64,000 nt of DNA. Source: Octopus sinensis (lineage: Eukaryota). The position numbers were made by a program, and so were the translations under genes. The stretch is taken from positions 35,526,001 to 35,590,000 of the forward strand of contig NC_042997.1 of assembly GCF_006345805.1 (NCBI RefSeq). The letters run 5' to 3'. Of the stretch, positions 42,901-56,379 are shown piece by piece; position 1 is the first letter of the stretch; the number at the start of each line of letters is the position of its first letter. Under the pieces are notes generated by a model. It saw nothing but the letters and a program-made list of their open reading frames with translations. It made no database searches and was not told the origin of the DNA.

Positions 42901-43701
42901 ATGATAGTATTATTATTATTATTATTATCATTACTACTATTATTGTTTCTTTCCTTCTTTCGAAAACTTTTCTTCCATTTCTCACCGAGTGTTTTCCGTA
43001 CACCTAGGGCAGAGAAGCTCATTGTATGCATTCCCAGTTTACACACGCAAATTCACAGGTAAAATATGTATTTAAAAAAAAATAATAAATAAATAAATTC
43101 ATAAATGGATGTGGTATTCACAGCGATAATGCTCTTCTCAGTACATTAGTCGTTCCAGTTAACACGATTTTTTGCACTTCCAGTAGGAATGGTAAGCCTG
43201 GTATCACTTTAAGATAGGTTTCAGTACCTTTTTTTAAAAATCATTCCTAGAGATCCTATGATACTGTATTCGCCTTAAGATGCCACATTTTTTCAATTTC
43301 TATTAGCAAGACTTTATATTTACTGATCTTGCCAAATTCTTTCGCCGCTATATTGTGATCGCAAGGAATACTCATGTCAATTAATAAACACGTCCTTTTT
43401 GTCTGACCTTTTATAATAATATCCGGTTTATTAGCTTTTATAGTTTTGTCGGCATATACGGAGAAGTCCTACAGAATCGACACATTTTCACCCTCAGTCA
43501 CAACTTCAGGATGGTGTTTATACCATTTGTCAGCGGTTTTGATTTTATAATGCCGACATATTGTACATAATGTACTGGCCGACTCTGTCATATCTTGCTT
43601 TATATTCTACTGGCGCTACGACTCTACACCCTGAGATTAGATAGTCTATACGTTCAATATCAACGTTACAGAATATGCATTTTGGGTCAGCTCCATTATT
43701 A

Positions 43702-43756
<55 letters not shown>

Positions 43757-43760
43757 GTTA

Positions 43761-43818
<58 letters not shown>

Positions 43819-43820
43819 GA
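42900..43820 (-). mobile_element. Third R4/Dong-like 3' fragment flanked by (AAT)n on both sides
   Basis: Minus translation DKWYKHHPEVVTEGENVSIL*DFSVYADKTIKANKPDIIIK. (ATT)n tracts at 42905-42945 and 43697-43820. Confidence 0.75.
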
Positions 43821-44118
43821 TCTTTTTAAATTTTAGAACAAATACACCAAATTAAGGAAAAAAGTGGTAACTGATGACAGCCACACCAGTTCTTCACTAG
43901 AAGTTTATGCTACCAATTTCAAAGAATAAAAGGCACGTTTGATCTCGGTGATATTTGGACGAATGTTATATTATAAAGTATTCTAACAATTAAACTATAT
44001 GCAAGCGAAATCCCTTTTAAACCTCCCTACTTTTGAAGAAAACATGAAATATCGCAGTATTTAACGTTCTATTTTTCTTTGATATAATGTAACTCTTATT
44101 AATTTATTGATCTTTGTG

Positions 44119-44730
44119 ATGAGAATAATTTGTTATTTCTATATTTTTCTTGGTGATAGTGTTGCCTGGTAATTTATCTTCTGCAGATATAAGGGTTGCA
44201 AAATCAAAGCGAATAATGTTTGTTCTGCATTATGATGATATATTTTATATTCCTAATTTAGTAATTGGACGGATCACCGCTTGAATCTAATTTGTTTAAG
44301 GACTGGAACGTTTGGAGAAAGTGACCCGAATTAGGCATACCCGTACGGCGAATTCCATGAAAGATTTGAAAACTTGACCAATACCAATTATGCCACTGTA
44401 TGTTATCAGGCAGCAGTCAGAGAAGTAGAAACATGGCTTCGAGTGTGCACGATAATACATTTTATTCTGTATTTTTTGGTGACACGAAGCACCCTTTTTT
44501 AATATCTTCCATTGCTTGCTTCCCCCAGCATATAATTTTCACCTAATACATTATGTAAATCCTTTATTGTCTTATAAAAATATATTTATCCCATGTCTCA
44601 GAAAGTGGTCAAATAAATATAACATAGCTATTGTATTTTAGCACTTTTTATGCTCTTTCTTGGCTCTTTCGTGGCACTTTTGATACTGTAGTGGTATGGT
44701 TCGACCTAAATAGTACTGATTGTCACATTA
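44119..44730 (+). pseudogene. Decayed, apparently intronless Cys-loop (nAChR-like / chemotactile-receptor-like) subunit
   Basis: Colinear motifs across frameshifts: signal-like MRIICYFYIF..LVIVL, WTDHRL (44266), VWRK*PEL, ANS, ATVCYQ, CTI-NTFYSVFFGDTKH (44446; cf. Cys loop CxIDxxxFPFDTQxC), ESGQINIT*LLYFSTF (44601; cf. TM2 ESGEKI...ITxLL). Confidence 0.55.
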
Positions 44731-44820
44731 AAAATAAGCTAGAGGGAACACAAAATATTAACATCGGTGACCAGAAATCTAGCCGTATTGCTTGCATGGG
44801 ACAAACGTACAACACACACG

Positions 44821-44864
<44 letters not shown>

Positions 44865-44875
44865 ACACACACACA

Positions 44876-44906
<31 letters not shown>

Positions 44907-45651
44907 CGCATACATGTACATTATTTTTATATTTGGCGTGGTGATTTCATGTATTGAATCATATCATATTGCGTCAAGCGAGAGTAATTGTCTTTTAGTA
45001 CCTTATAACACATTCACCGATTTCCACTAATTTACTTATTTATTTTTTACTAAAATTTTCTTTGCGATTTGCAAACTGTTCAATAGTCGTTGACTCGGTC
45101 CGTTCCTGGAATCACGTTCTCTTTATGTTGTTGTACGCATGCGTGTGCGTCAGTGAGCGTGTGATTACACATATGTATGTATTTATGTATGGATATATGT
45201 ATGCATGTGTGTATTTATTCTGCATATTCATGATCTTGCGTGTTCATGTTTGCAAGTTTGTGTGTGTCTCTGTATTTGTGTGTGTAACTATGTCTTCTGT
45301 GTTCATGTCTGAGTGTGTCTGTGTATGTGTGACTATGTATGTGCGCCTGTTCTCTATGGATTTCTGTCTCTCTATGTGTCCTTGTGCCATGAGCAGGTGT
45401 CACCATGACACTTTTCTCTGACATGGTCAATGCAATGATGACAGGCTGCACACCTTCCTGCCAAGGTCTCATGTAAACAGCGGGATTTTACTTGAACGTT
45501 GAAACTAAGTGCGCAAACAACAAATATAAAAGTCAATCTTTGCCAAACGGCTTTACTCTGCGTGCTTTAGCTTGGTGACTATAGCAACAATCCGGATACT
45601 TATTGATCATACGTATCATTATATGTATATATATACATATATATCGGCTTC

Positions 45652-45746
45652 TTTACCGATGAGGTGTAGCCTTCGGTGGATTGACTTAATTTAATTTAAT
45701 TAATCTGGTTTGCCATTAAAAACACCGAAACAATGCATTGTCTAAA
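45652..45746 (+). ncRNA. Type I hammerhead ribozyme with a U4C core change
   Basis: ttta CCGATGA ggtgt...acacc GAAA caatgcattg TC taaa. Stem II closes with 5 bp; stem III is the palindrome ACAATGCATTGT. Lies in a ~230-bp island between (TA)n tracts. Confidence 0.62.
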
Positions 45747-45935
45747 AATGAATTAGGGTAAATGTTTTTAAATTTTCCTTTAATTTCTGAATTACTACTA
45801 CTTGGCGGTTTGAGTCCTGGCTGCTCTTTCTAGTGGGTCGAATGGCCTATTAAGGCCATTCCTCAATTGTTGTTGAATATGTATATATATATATATATAT
45901 ATATATGGATATAAATATATATCGATATATATATA

Positions 45936-45978
<43 letters not shown>

Positions 45979-47003
45979 TATACATATGTATATATATATA
46001 TACATATATATGTATATATATAAATATATATATTGTATATATATATATACATATATATATATATAAATATATATATATACATATATATGTATAAACACGC
46101 GCGCACACTCACTTATATAACTGCTCCACTCCACAGTTAACTTATTCTTCCATACGTCATTTTATTTCAGATCCTTGTTGCGGCACGTTCTTGTTTCAAA
46201 TATCATGAAGTATAAAAATTGTTTTAAAAAGTGTATGAAACCATCAGTGTGTGCGTATAGTTTTCTTGGCCTGTGAAATTCTGTAATGTCTTTGTGTATG
46301 AAAGTATGCGGCGTCCATGTTTTTTTTTTTTTTTACTGTGTATATGTGGGCATATATTTAGCATGTCTAATATGCGTGTGGTACATATTTTCTATGCCTA
46401 ACTATAATTAATGTATCTGACTATTTTCTTACCACATTGTTTTACACAACCTCTGTTCCTTCACTTCATCCGGACCTCACAAATCAAGACCCACTTTTAA
46501 TGTTCTTTCCGTGTGGAAACAGAGACATATAGAATCTGAGTTAACGGACACAAACTAACATTCATTTACACACACACATACACACACATTCAACTTCACG
46601 CACAATTGATCACACGCACCCACTTCTCTCCTATATTTAAGAAAACATGTACTGCAATATTATGCAGAAAGGAAAATGTTCATTTTATCATTGATTGCAA
46701 TGTTTTCAAGCGTTCAACAGCTGCTGCGTTGCAACGTGCTTACATACAGTGGTGTTATCAACGGTAGTGAATCATCGGAGCGTGTTATTCTGGGAGAAAA
46801 AAATATACATAAATCACTCACACACAAACGAATACAGAAGTATTCACACGTATTTTACACATTGAAACACATACAGAAACCTGAATTTGCAAACGCCCGC
46901 GCGCAGCACACACATATGTGTATACAATATATATGTAAATTTACAAAGAAATATACACACACACATATATGTATATATATATATATATATTATATATATA
47001 TAT

Positions 47004-47117
<114 letters not shown>

Positions 47118-47162
47118 GTATATATGTATTTATATACGTATGTGTATATATATATATTATAT

Positions 47163-47194
<32 letters not shown>

Positions 47195-49479
47195 CGGATA
47201 GGAGCATGTATGTAGTATGTATACATGTACATCACATTTGTGCTGCTATATCTATAATTCATAAGAATAAAAGAGGGAAGGCAGAAAATCATTAACATCT
47301 GCTTGCTGCATCTTACAAATGTCAAACTTTATAAATATTAACTATCAAATTCAGGTGCTGCAAAATACGTACATAATGAATAGCAACAATATTGAAAATT
47401 CTTCAAAGTAAATACATTCCTATCTCTATGCGGGGGTAGTTTCCTGCGGCAGATGAGCTCCTCGTTTCGCGTGAATGTGTCTGGGTTTTGTTATATAAAT
47501 GTACTTTGGTTAGCGTAGCTTAATCTTCTAAGCTGTATATTCCCTTGTTAGATTATAATATAGCATGAATTAAAGATTTCAGGTAAGCATAAATAATTTG
47601 CCGTATATTTATGCACAAAAATCCGCATTACGTTGAATCATTGTATAGCTTTCAACGCATGTATGTACATATTCTCACTATTTCCATATTCTTATATTGT
47701 CAGATGTAACAAACAGTAACTACACATACTCACATAAGCACTTATAGAATACAACCGAGCACACGTCTAAGTGAAATATTTCCACTAGTATTGTAAGTAA
47801 GTTTGTGTGTGCTTATACGTACATACATACACAAGTACATATACTCACATATATACATGTGTGTATGAATGTGTATTTTTTTGTGCGTGTGCATATATAA
47901 AGAACATATATGTGTGCAAAGTTTCCAATATCATGCAATGTACCCACAATTATACAACATAGTAGTCTTTAAAATAAACTTAATCTTGGGAAAGTATTTT
48001 GAAGTGGAGAGAAATTGTATCCGTAACTTTTGAGTTGAAGTTTCTAACTAAAATATATTAAGAAAACTTTGACAAAGCAGTGATAGCAGCCGTATTTCAT
48101 CGATAGAGAAATATTTATCTGCTATAACGACATGTGCATTTTTATGACATCAGGATTTGTCTCGTGTGTTTTATCAGTGAATGTATGTGCGCGTAATTCA
48201 TATTTGCTTTACGCCACAACGCTCACAGACGTCCTCTCCAACTCGAAAGTAGAGTATGTCTTTCACTGGACCAGCGACAGTATTTGCCGGAACCTCGTTC
48301 ATGTTACTGTTACGCGTCCTAAATGCCGTGGCTCTGAGTGAGCTCATCTCTCCATTGACCGGCCTTGTATATAGTCCTGCGGAATCCTCCTCACCTGGCG
48401 AGCCAGGTGGGAGAGATGGTGTCCTCGCCAACCACCTCATCACGAAACAGAGAGTAATAGTATCAGAAGCATGACTTTATTGACTTGACATTTACCTGTG
48501 AGAGGTGTGACTGTTATATTCATTAGTAGAAGATTGTTTCATATATATCTTGGGCACCCTTTGATACCATAATATTTGCATCGTGTTTCGTTTAAACTTA
48601 TATAGAATTTTACTGTGTAAGCTGGATTAGTAATTACATTCGTAGACTACATTTAATCGAACGGGATGGTAGAATTGAAGTACATTGGAAAATTGTCCTG
48701 GGGTATTTTTGTCACTTGTATTCTGAATTCCAATCCTACCATGTTCAAATTGGCATTTCGTCTGTAAGCAGCTTATAAAATAAACAGTCGTATACAGCGG
48801 CCAGCATCGACTAATCCCATTCACCGAACTACTAGCATCGTGTTTAAGCTAGAAGCATTTATTAGAGGATTGTCAAATTATAATTTTCCCACCTTGTTAC
48901 AATTTCGTTTGAATGTTTTCAAATAATTTGTCCGAAAAAATTGTCGACGTTCTCTTATAGTAATATACGATATTAAATATTAAGCGCTCATGCGGCTTAT
49001 CTGTAGCAAATTTGTATCACTACAGAATGTGAAAGCTTCGACACATCAAAAATGTATTATCAAAAGTCAATTGAGTATGAACATTTGGGAACCAGAGTAA
49101 ATATGTATATTTACCGTAGTCTGAGTCATTATCCAATGAAGTTGGGAAATATATCTGGTATTTCTTATTATCACAATCATGAATCTCAAAATGATTGTAT
49201 GAGGCATGATTATATAATCTAACGTAAGATGTTAGGAAACTTTCACGCTTAAGATATATTTAACTGTCACATATTTCGGACATTCGGATTTAAAGGAACC
49301 ATTGCGATTGAGAAATTCATTAATATATAAATTCCCTTGAAAGCTTTGTCGTTTCGAGAGAATCTACCGAGCTTCTTTTGGGCAGAAAATGCGACACCAA
49401 ATCAAATATTGTCTCATTAAATGTCTACATTGTTTTAGGTTTCTTTGTAACCCATTCTTCTTCGGGTGCCTTTTTACCT

Positions 49480-50110
49480 CACCCGTCTCACCGTTTCCCG
49501 TCTCCCGCTTCCCTTCACCTACCACCACACCACCCAGCATCTCCAACGCACAATTCTTCGAGCCTTCCGAAGACTCCAGTCCGACCGTTCCTCTACGCAT
49601 ATCTTCCCTAAACGACCCGTCCCCTCCTTCAAACGATCCCACAACCTACGAGGCCGCTTGGTTCACAGTTCCTTCCCTAACCCAACATAACAACACGGCT
49701 AGTTCCCCTTTTTCCTGTCCACGCTGCTGCACTTGCCCCCTACCATTCCAACACCGGCACCCATCTCTCCTCACCGACACCCATCATCGACCCTCTCACA
49801 TCAACGACTCCTTCACCAGCACTTCTAGCAATGTCATCTACCGCATCCCCTGGTCTCTGTCCTTCTCTATAAATCGGTCAAACAGGACGCCTCATGGGTG
49901 ACCGGTCAATGGAACACCTCTGAAACATCCGACTTGGCAATGACACCCCGATCTCGCGTCATTTCCGCTCTACCGGTCACTATTTGCAACATCTGCCTGT
50001 GTTCGGATTGTCCTTGCATAGGGGCCATCCAGACTGCCGTCTTCAAAGTGAACAAGGATTAATATTCTCTCTACGCTCCTTTGTGCCACATGGGATTAAC
50101 TCTCTCCTCT
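49480..50110 (+). mobile_element. Penelope-like element 3' fragment (GIY-YIG)
   Basis: CPRCCTC, DSFTSTSSNVIYRI, IGQTGR, EHL, SRHF, EQGLIFSLRSFVPHGIN. Confidence 0.8.
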
Positions 50111-50429
50111 TCATATAACTCTCCTCCCCTCCTCTCTTCTCACACCTACTTTCTCCCACCCATCTCTCATCTTTTGCTCAAAATTCTACATCTGTTCACT
50201 CATACGCTTCTCTCTTCTCTTCACTCCTACCCGCCTTCTACCTTCCCTCTCCCTTCATCGTCACACCTCTCTCGTTACCCCTTTAATTTTCCATTAATCC
50301 AAGTACAATCTCGAATATTTAGATATTCTATTGCAAGTGCGTTGCCATCATTATAGACGTAGAATGAATTTTAAATATCTATATATGATTTAGGATCTCT
50401 TTGTATTTCTTCATATTAAATAAATAATA

Positions 50430-50680
50430 AATGCGCCCTTTTTAAAGCCTAGCCATGCTCATGGGCCCAGTTTCCCGGTTTATATGGCGTATGAGTTCCC
50501 CAGCTGGACGGGACGCCAGCCATCGCAGTGTTATTCATTTTTGCCAGCTGAGCGGACTGGAACAACGTGAAATGAAGTGTTTTGGTCAAGAACACAACGC
50601 GTCGCCCGGCCCAGGAATCGAAACCACAATCTTACGATCATGACGCTGACACCCTAACCACTAAGCCACGCGCCTCCACA
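50430..50680 (-). mobile_element. tRNA-derived SINE (family C-like head, different body)
   Basis: Minus strand gtggaggcgcgtggcttagtggttagggtg..gtttcgattcctgggccggg..ctgcgatggctggcgtcccgtccag, with a (ATTT)n tail. Confidence 0.8.
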
Positions 50681-52412
50681 TGTCTTCGTATTGGATTACT
50701 ACAATTCATACTTTCAAACTTTAAGTATTAAAGCAATGAGTTTAATTGGTTGACGATTCTAGTGATTTTAGCGTCAGATAGCAAATAACTGTACGGGAAG
50801 TGAGATGAAGGCTTTTTTAAAAATTATAAAACAACAATGTCACAAAACTAATGAGAGCCTTCTGTACTGTATATTAGTATCTCTTTCGTACTACTTCAGC
50901 AAATGATAATTTGTAAAAGGAAAATCTCCGGCCTTCGTAGATTATAAAAGAAACATGGAGAGCTAGACACGGTGTATTTGAATACATGGTATAGTAAATG
51001 AAACGCCTTAAATCTGAGAAATCATATCTTATTTTAGTACAAGAAATTATCTCTTTCTATGTTATTGCTTTCTTTAATAACACTTTGCCGATTATCAGTG
51101 TTTAGTCTACTCTTAAAAAAAACCCAAAAATTCCCCCCAAACCAACATAATCAGGTGGGTCTCGAATGCATGTGTATGTGTGTTTGCGGTGTGTGTGTGT
51201 GCGAGCGCGTATGTGTGTGTGCTTTTGTGTGTATGTATTGACAATTGTAAGGAATCTGATTTCCATATTTAGTGTCTCTACTAAACATACTACATTCATA
51301 TTCTCCCGGGTCAAATTTGATTTTCATTCCTCCTCAATTTTTACAAGTCATGAAACACATTGGATGTAATCTACTATACGCACTTTTGTTCTACAGAGAA
51401 AAAATAAACATCAGTAGTTATTACTCATACCAGCACTCCAAATTGAGCGTCACTATTAATGACTTTATATTATATTATCGGATGAAAAATATATTTCTTC
51501 TGATACTAATGTACATATTTTTTTTTACTCTTCAAAATATTTATTGATTTTTTACCCGAACATCCGCAACATAATGGAAAATGAAGTGCGCTTTGTTTAG
51601 TGCTTATTAATATCTGGTTATTTTATCTTGTGTGCAAATTTGTTTTGTATTTCATTATTTCCACTGTTTCTTGTATCTTTTGTATTTTCTGTAATGATTG
51701 TTATTGCTTATTTTAAGTGAATGCCTACCATTTTTATGTTACATTTTTTTTTTGAAATTTACATTTCAAAATTTCCAATATTTTATTCTATTCTCACTTC
51801 AAGTTCGATCAATGTTAATTTGCCTCAATACTAATATATGCCGCTTCAAAACGCAAAACAGCACGCATGCATACGTACATATATACGTACTTAGATATAT
51901 GCGCATAAATGGTTATACATAGCCCTAATTTTTCATCTCTTTCCTTCATATAGACTAAATGTTCAAATGTATCTGGTTACATTGCCTAAGTGATTTTATA
52001 TGTACGTATTTACATACAAACTTACAATATCTACATGCAATACGTATGAACATGCTTGTGCATTTTCTTCTGCGCGCAACAGTGTGCGAATACATAAAGA
52101 TAATAGACAAAATAGAATTGAGAGTCTCAGTATGAAAAATGTGGGTGTGATATATGTATTAAGAAACTGCGAACGAGAGGTAGAGGAGGAGGGAAAGAGA
52201 GAGAGAGAGAAGGGAGAGAAATTGGAATTGGTGGACGGAAACTGAAAGAATCTCATCGTATATATATATAACTTATAAATAAGGGCAAACGAAAACATTT
52301 CTAATGCCAAATATGCCGAAAATTGGACATATTGTCCATTACCATATAATCCTTCCTATTAATATGCTGGCCACTGATAAAATTTTTTTTCCGAAAAAAT
52401 GTTATCCTACAT

Positions 52413-52504
<92 letters not shown>

Positions 52505-52515
52505 GTGTGTGTATT

Positions 52516-52559
<44 letters not shown>

Positions 52560-52654
52560 TATGTATATATATATATGTAGAATCAGTTGAATAATTTACT
52601 GAAGTTGAGTCACCAAGTCAGTTCGGTATAGTCCACGGCTCGACGTTAGGTGAA

Positions 52655-53105
52655 TAAAAGCAAATGAGTGCAGATGTCTTGGTATTAGTGGATTATGGTC
52701 GTTTCATGTGGCACCATTTAATCGATCAATGCAAACATTATACGAATTTGAAATAAAACGCTCTCTTCGGATGCGTAAGACCATAGCGTTTTCCAACATA
52801 TATTCACATTATTATTCTCTTGTGCCACTATGAATCGTAGTAGTCTTTAGGTATTTTTCCTAATTCATTCTGATACAATAATAGCAAAATGAAACAATGT
52901 CTTCTAGTCCCTAGTACTGATGAAAAATTTGCGAAAATATTACAATGGAGTATCTTGTATGTTGGAAATCTATATGGTCATAGGCATCCCAGGAGAATAG
53001 TTTATTTCAAATTGAGGTAATGGTTGCATTGATCGATTAATTGGAGTCGCTTAAAACGGCCGTAATGCAATAATGCCTGGATATCCTTGTTACTCATTTA
53101 CTTTA
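52655..53105. mobile_element. Old MITE-like element with ~145-bp imperfect inverted repeats
   Basis: 52655-52800 pairs with 52958-53105 (e.g. taatcgatcaatgcaa/ttgcattgatcgatta; aatttgaaataaa/tttatttcaaatt; ttccaacata/tatgttggaa). Confidence 0.65.
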
Positions 53106-53176
53106 TATAGTTTTAGTAAAAGACAGCCTATGGTTATTAGTAAGAGACAACTAAAATCTTACTTGAAAAAATTTAA

Positions 53177-53369
53177 GGCGTAGGAGTGGCTGTGTGGTAA
53201 ATAGCTTGCTTACCAGCCACATGGTTTCAGGTTCAGTCCCACCGCGTGGCACCTTAGGTAAGTGACTTCTAAAATAGCCTCGGGCCGACCAAATCCTTGT
53301 GAGTTGATTTGGTAGAGGGAAACTGAAAGAAGCCCGTCGTATATATATATATATATATATACGTATATA

Positions 53370-53408
<39 letters not shown>

Positions 53409-53670
53409 TATATACATATATATATGTATGTATGTATGTATATGTATGTGTGTATATGTTTGTGTGTCTGCCCCCCCCCGCGCGAACATCGCTTGACAAA
53501 CAATGCTGGTGTGTTTACATCCCCGTAACTTAGCGTTTCGGCAAAAAGACCGATAGAATAAGTACTAGGCTTACAAAATCCTGGTGTCATTTTGCTCGAC
53601 AAAAGGCGGTGCTCCAGCATGGCCACAGTCACATGATTGAAACAAGTAAATGAAAAAGAGTAAAAAGAAA
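53177..53670 (+). mobile_element. tRNA-derived SINE, family A, full length
   Basis: Similar to 17503 and 27918, with an expanded internal microsatellite. Confidence 0.9.
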
Positions 53671-53689
53671 AAAAGGCAGAGTTTGACAT

Positions 53690-54490
53690 AAGCCATAAAG
53701 ACCAATCATTCACCGTATCTAAATGATAAACGATAGCTGATGTGGCACATGCAAATTCATGCATACCGGCTAATATATGGACACAAAAACCGGAAAAAAA
53801 CATTCAGAAAAGCAAGTATGAACTGGAAAAGCAGAAATTTAACTTACTGCATCAAATGCCCGAATTGTGAAGTATTATATCTAGGTCAGACTGGAAATGC
53901 AATATCAGAGCATGCCTCGAGAGCAAATTAGAGACACACATGTCCTTCAGATACCGTAACCACCTAGCAACATGTGGTCGGAAAATATCTACAATATTTC
54001 CATTCTATAAACTACACAATCCTGTGGAGGTGCAATTGCCCAGTGGTTAGGGCAGCGGACTCGCGGTCGGAGGATCGCGGATTCGATTCCCAGACCGGGC
54101 ATTGTGAGTGTTTATTGAGCGAAAACACCTAAAGCTCCACGAGGCTCCGGCAGGGGGTGGTGGTGGACCCTGCTGTACTCTTTCACCACAACTTTCTCTC
54201 GCACTTTCTTCCTGTTTCTCTTCTACCTGTATTTCAAAGGGCCAGCTTTGTCACACTCTGTGTCACGCTGAATCTCCTCGAGAACTACGTTAAGGGTACA
54301 CGTGTCTGTGGAGTGCTCAGCCACTTGCACGTTAATACCACTAGCAAGCTGTTCCGTTGATCGTATCAGCTGGGACCCTCATCGTCGCAACCGACGGAGT
54401 GCTCCAACTACTACACTATCCAAGTGAAATTGGAAGAAAAACCAGAGAAAAGAACATTATTGATAAATTCCACCACAAGCTAAATAAACA
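53690..54490 (+). mobile_element. Penelope-like GIY-YIG fragment interrupted by a SINE
   Basis: SRNLTYCIKCPNCEVLYLGQTGN; resumes after the SINE with EIGRKTREKNIIDKFHHKLNK. Confidence 0.75.
54024..54408 (+). mobile_element. tRNA-derived SINE, family C, full length
   Basis: tRNA-like head gcccagtggttagggc..gattcgattccc. Approximate target-site duplication ctacacaatcc / ctacactatcc. Confidence 0.85.
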
Positions 54491-54668
54491 ATGATACTAA
54501 TACTTAGAGGTACTATTTCTACTGCCACGGCGACTACCACTAACAACAACCATATTAAAGGTACTCATGATGACGATAACAGGAAAATACTAGCTACATG
54601 AAGAGAAGAGTCAGTAAAAATAATCTTATTTTGGGGGTTAAAGCTTTATCAACACATCTACACCTACC

Positions 54669-54700
<32 letters not shown>

Positions 54701-55253
54701 CAACGACAGCAACACTAGCAACAACAACAAGAACGACGACGAGGACAACAATAATACAGGAGATGATAGTAACGGTGATGAAAATTGGGAAGCGTTATTC
54801 AAATCATTTCTAAAAATAGCCCAACATTTACTCATTTGGCCAAGGTCAAAAAACAGGTCTTTTGACATGTTTAACAAACCGTGACGCCTAAACCAGACAC
54901 CAATCCATTTAAGTAAGTTAGTAAACCACACACTGACTGAGCAGAATACAGTTTGCAAAAATTAACATTCTGGACCCTATACAAATGCATTTAAAGCACG
55001 CAGATGAGCCATCTCCTTACAGATATAAATTGTAAAACATAACGGCCGTCACTACTACATTAATCTGTATATTGGATAGTTTAATACATGCAAGTACTAG
55101 TTCAATCAGAATGGACATTTAATATTCTATCATTTCATTATAATTTAATATCTTATATTATAGTATTATAAGATTCTAAACAAAACGTGAAAATCAAAGT
55201 TAGAATCTCTTTGGATAATTTATTATTCTATACAAAATCATACACATACGTAT

Positions 55254-55309
<56 letters not shown>

Positions 55310-55332
55310 TAGATAGATAGATAGATAGATAT

Positions 55333-55370
<38 letters not shown>

Positions 55371-55727
55371 TGATAGATATGTGTGTGTGTGTGTATACTT
55401 AAAACTGTGGCTTCTAAGCTGAAGTGAAAACACCATGTTCTTTCTCTATCTCCTTAACTTTTTAGAGATTTTAGGGAAAATTATATTAAGGTGTCCGCCT
55501 GTATTAATTTAATTAAACTCTATATCTTTATGCAGCTGAGCATTGCTCCGCATTTAAATTAATGTAAATATTGCATTGTTCAATTAGATGGAGTTGCTTG
55601 AAACGATCCTACTGCATTACCTCTGGATATCCCTGTTCCTTATTTTGATTTTAATCACCTTATTTTCAAATTGTATGGCTAATACCCTAATAAATTCTGG
55701 TGCCTCAACTTAAGTATCATATTCATA

Positions 55728-55784
<57 letters not shown>

Positions 55785-56379
55785 ATATATATGTCTTATA
55801 TATATATATATCTTGTTACGTAGATAACGACGGTATCAAGGCATGTATAAGTCTTGAAAAAATTACAAAAATCGATTCCAGCTGAGAATGCGATCGATAA
55901 TGCCGTTTTTCCCATGCTTCTCTTCTATCACCCTGTACATAACTGCACCTTCCATTTTTGTTGTTTTTGGACTGCTTAAAGGCACGTTTCTTTCCAGCCA
56001 AGCTTACTGTTTAAACCATGTTTGTGTTCTCCCAGTCAACGGCCTTATCATTACTGGTACTTTAAACTCTTCGGTTCGCTATTTATGTGAATAAAATCGT
56101 TTTTCTTTGGAATAGAAAAAAAGGCTCTCCTTATTTCTTCTTTTGCTGGTGTCTCAAATTTAGGTTAAATTAGTGTTTCTGAAAGGGGAGGCCTATGGGA
56201 CGGTCGGACAAGTTGTTTTGAGAAAATCTGGTTTCAATATTCGACAACTCAGCACCGTCCATTGGATGGTGGGGGCCTTTTGATCGTATATATATATATC
56301 GTATATATATATATATATCGTATATATATATCGTATATATATATATATATATAATATATATATATATATATGTATATGC

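Noticed and set aside
55815-56285. Possible inverted ORF1 fragment upstream of the CR1
   Set aside because: Only a vague Cys/Gly motif; cannot be supported without a family consensus.
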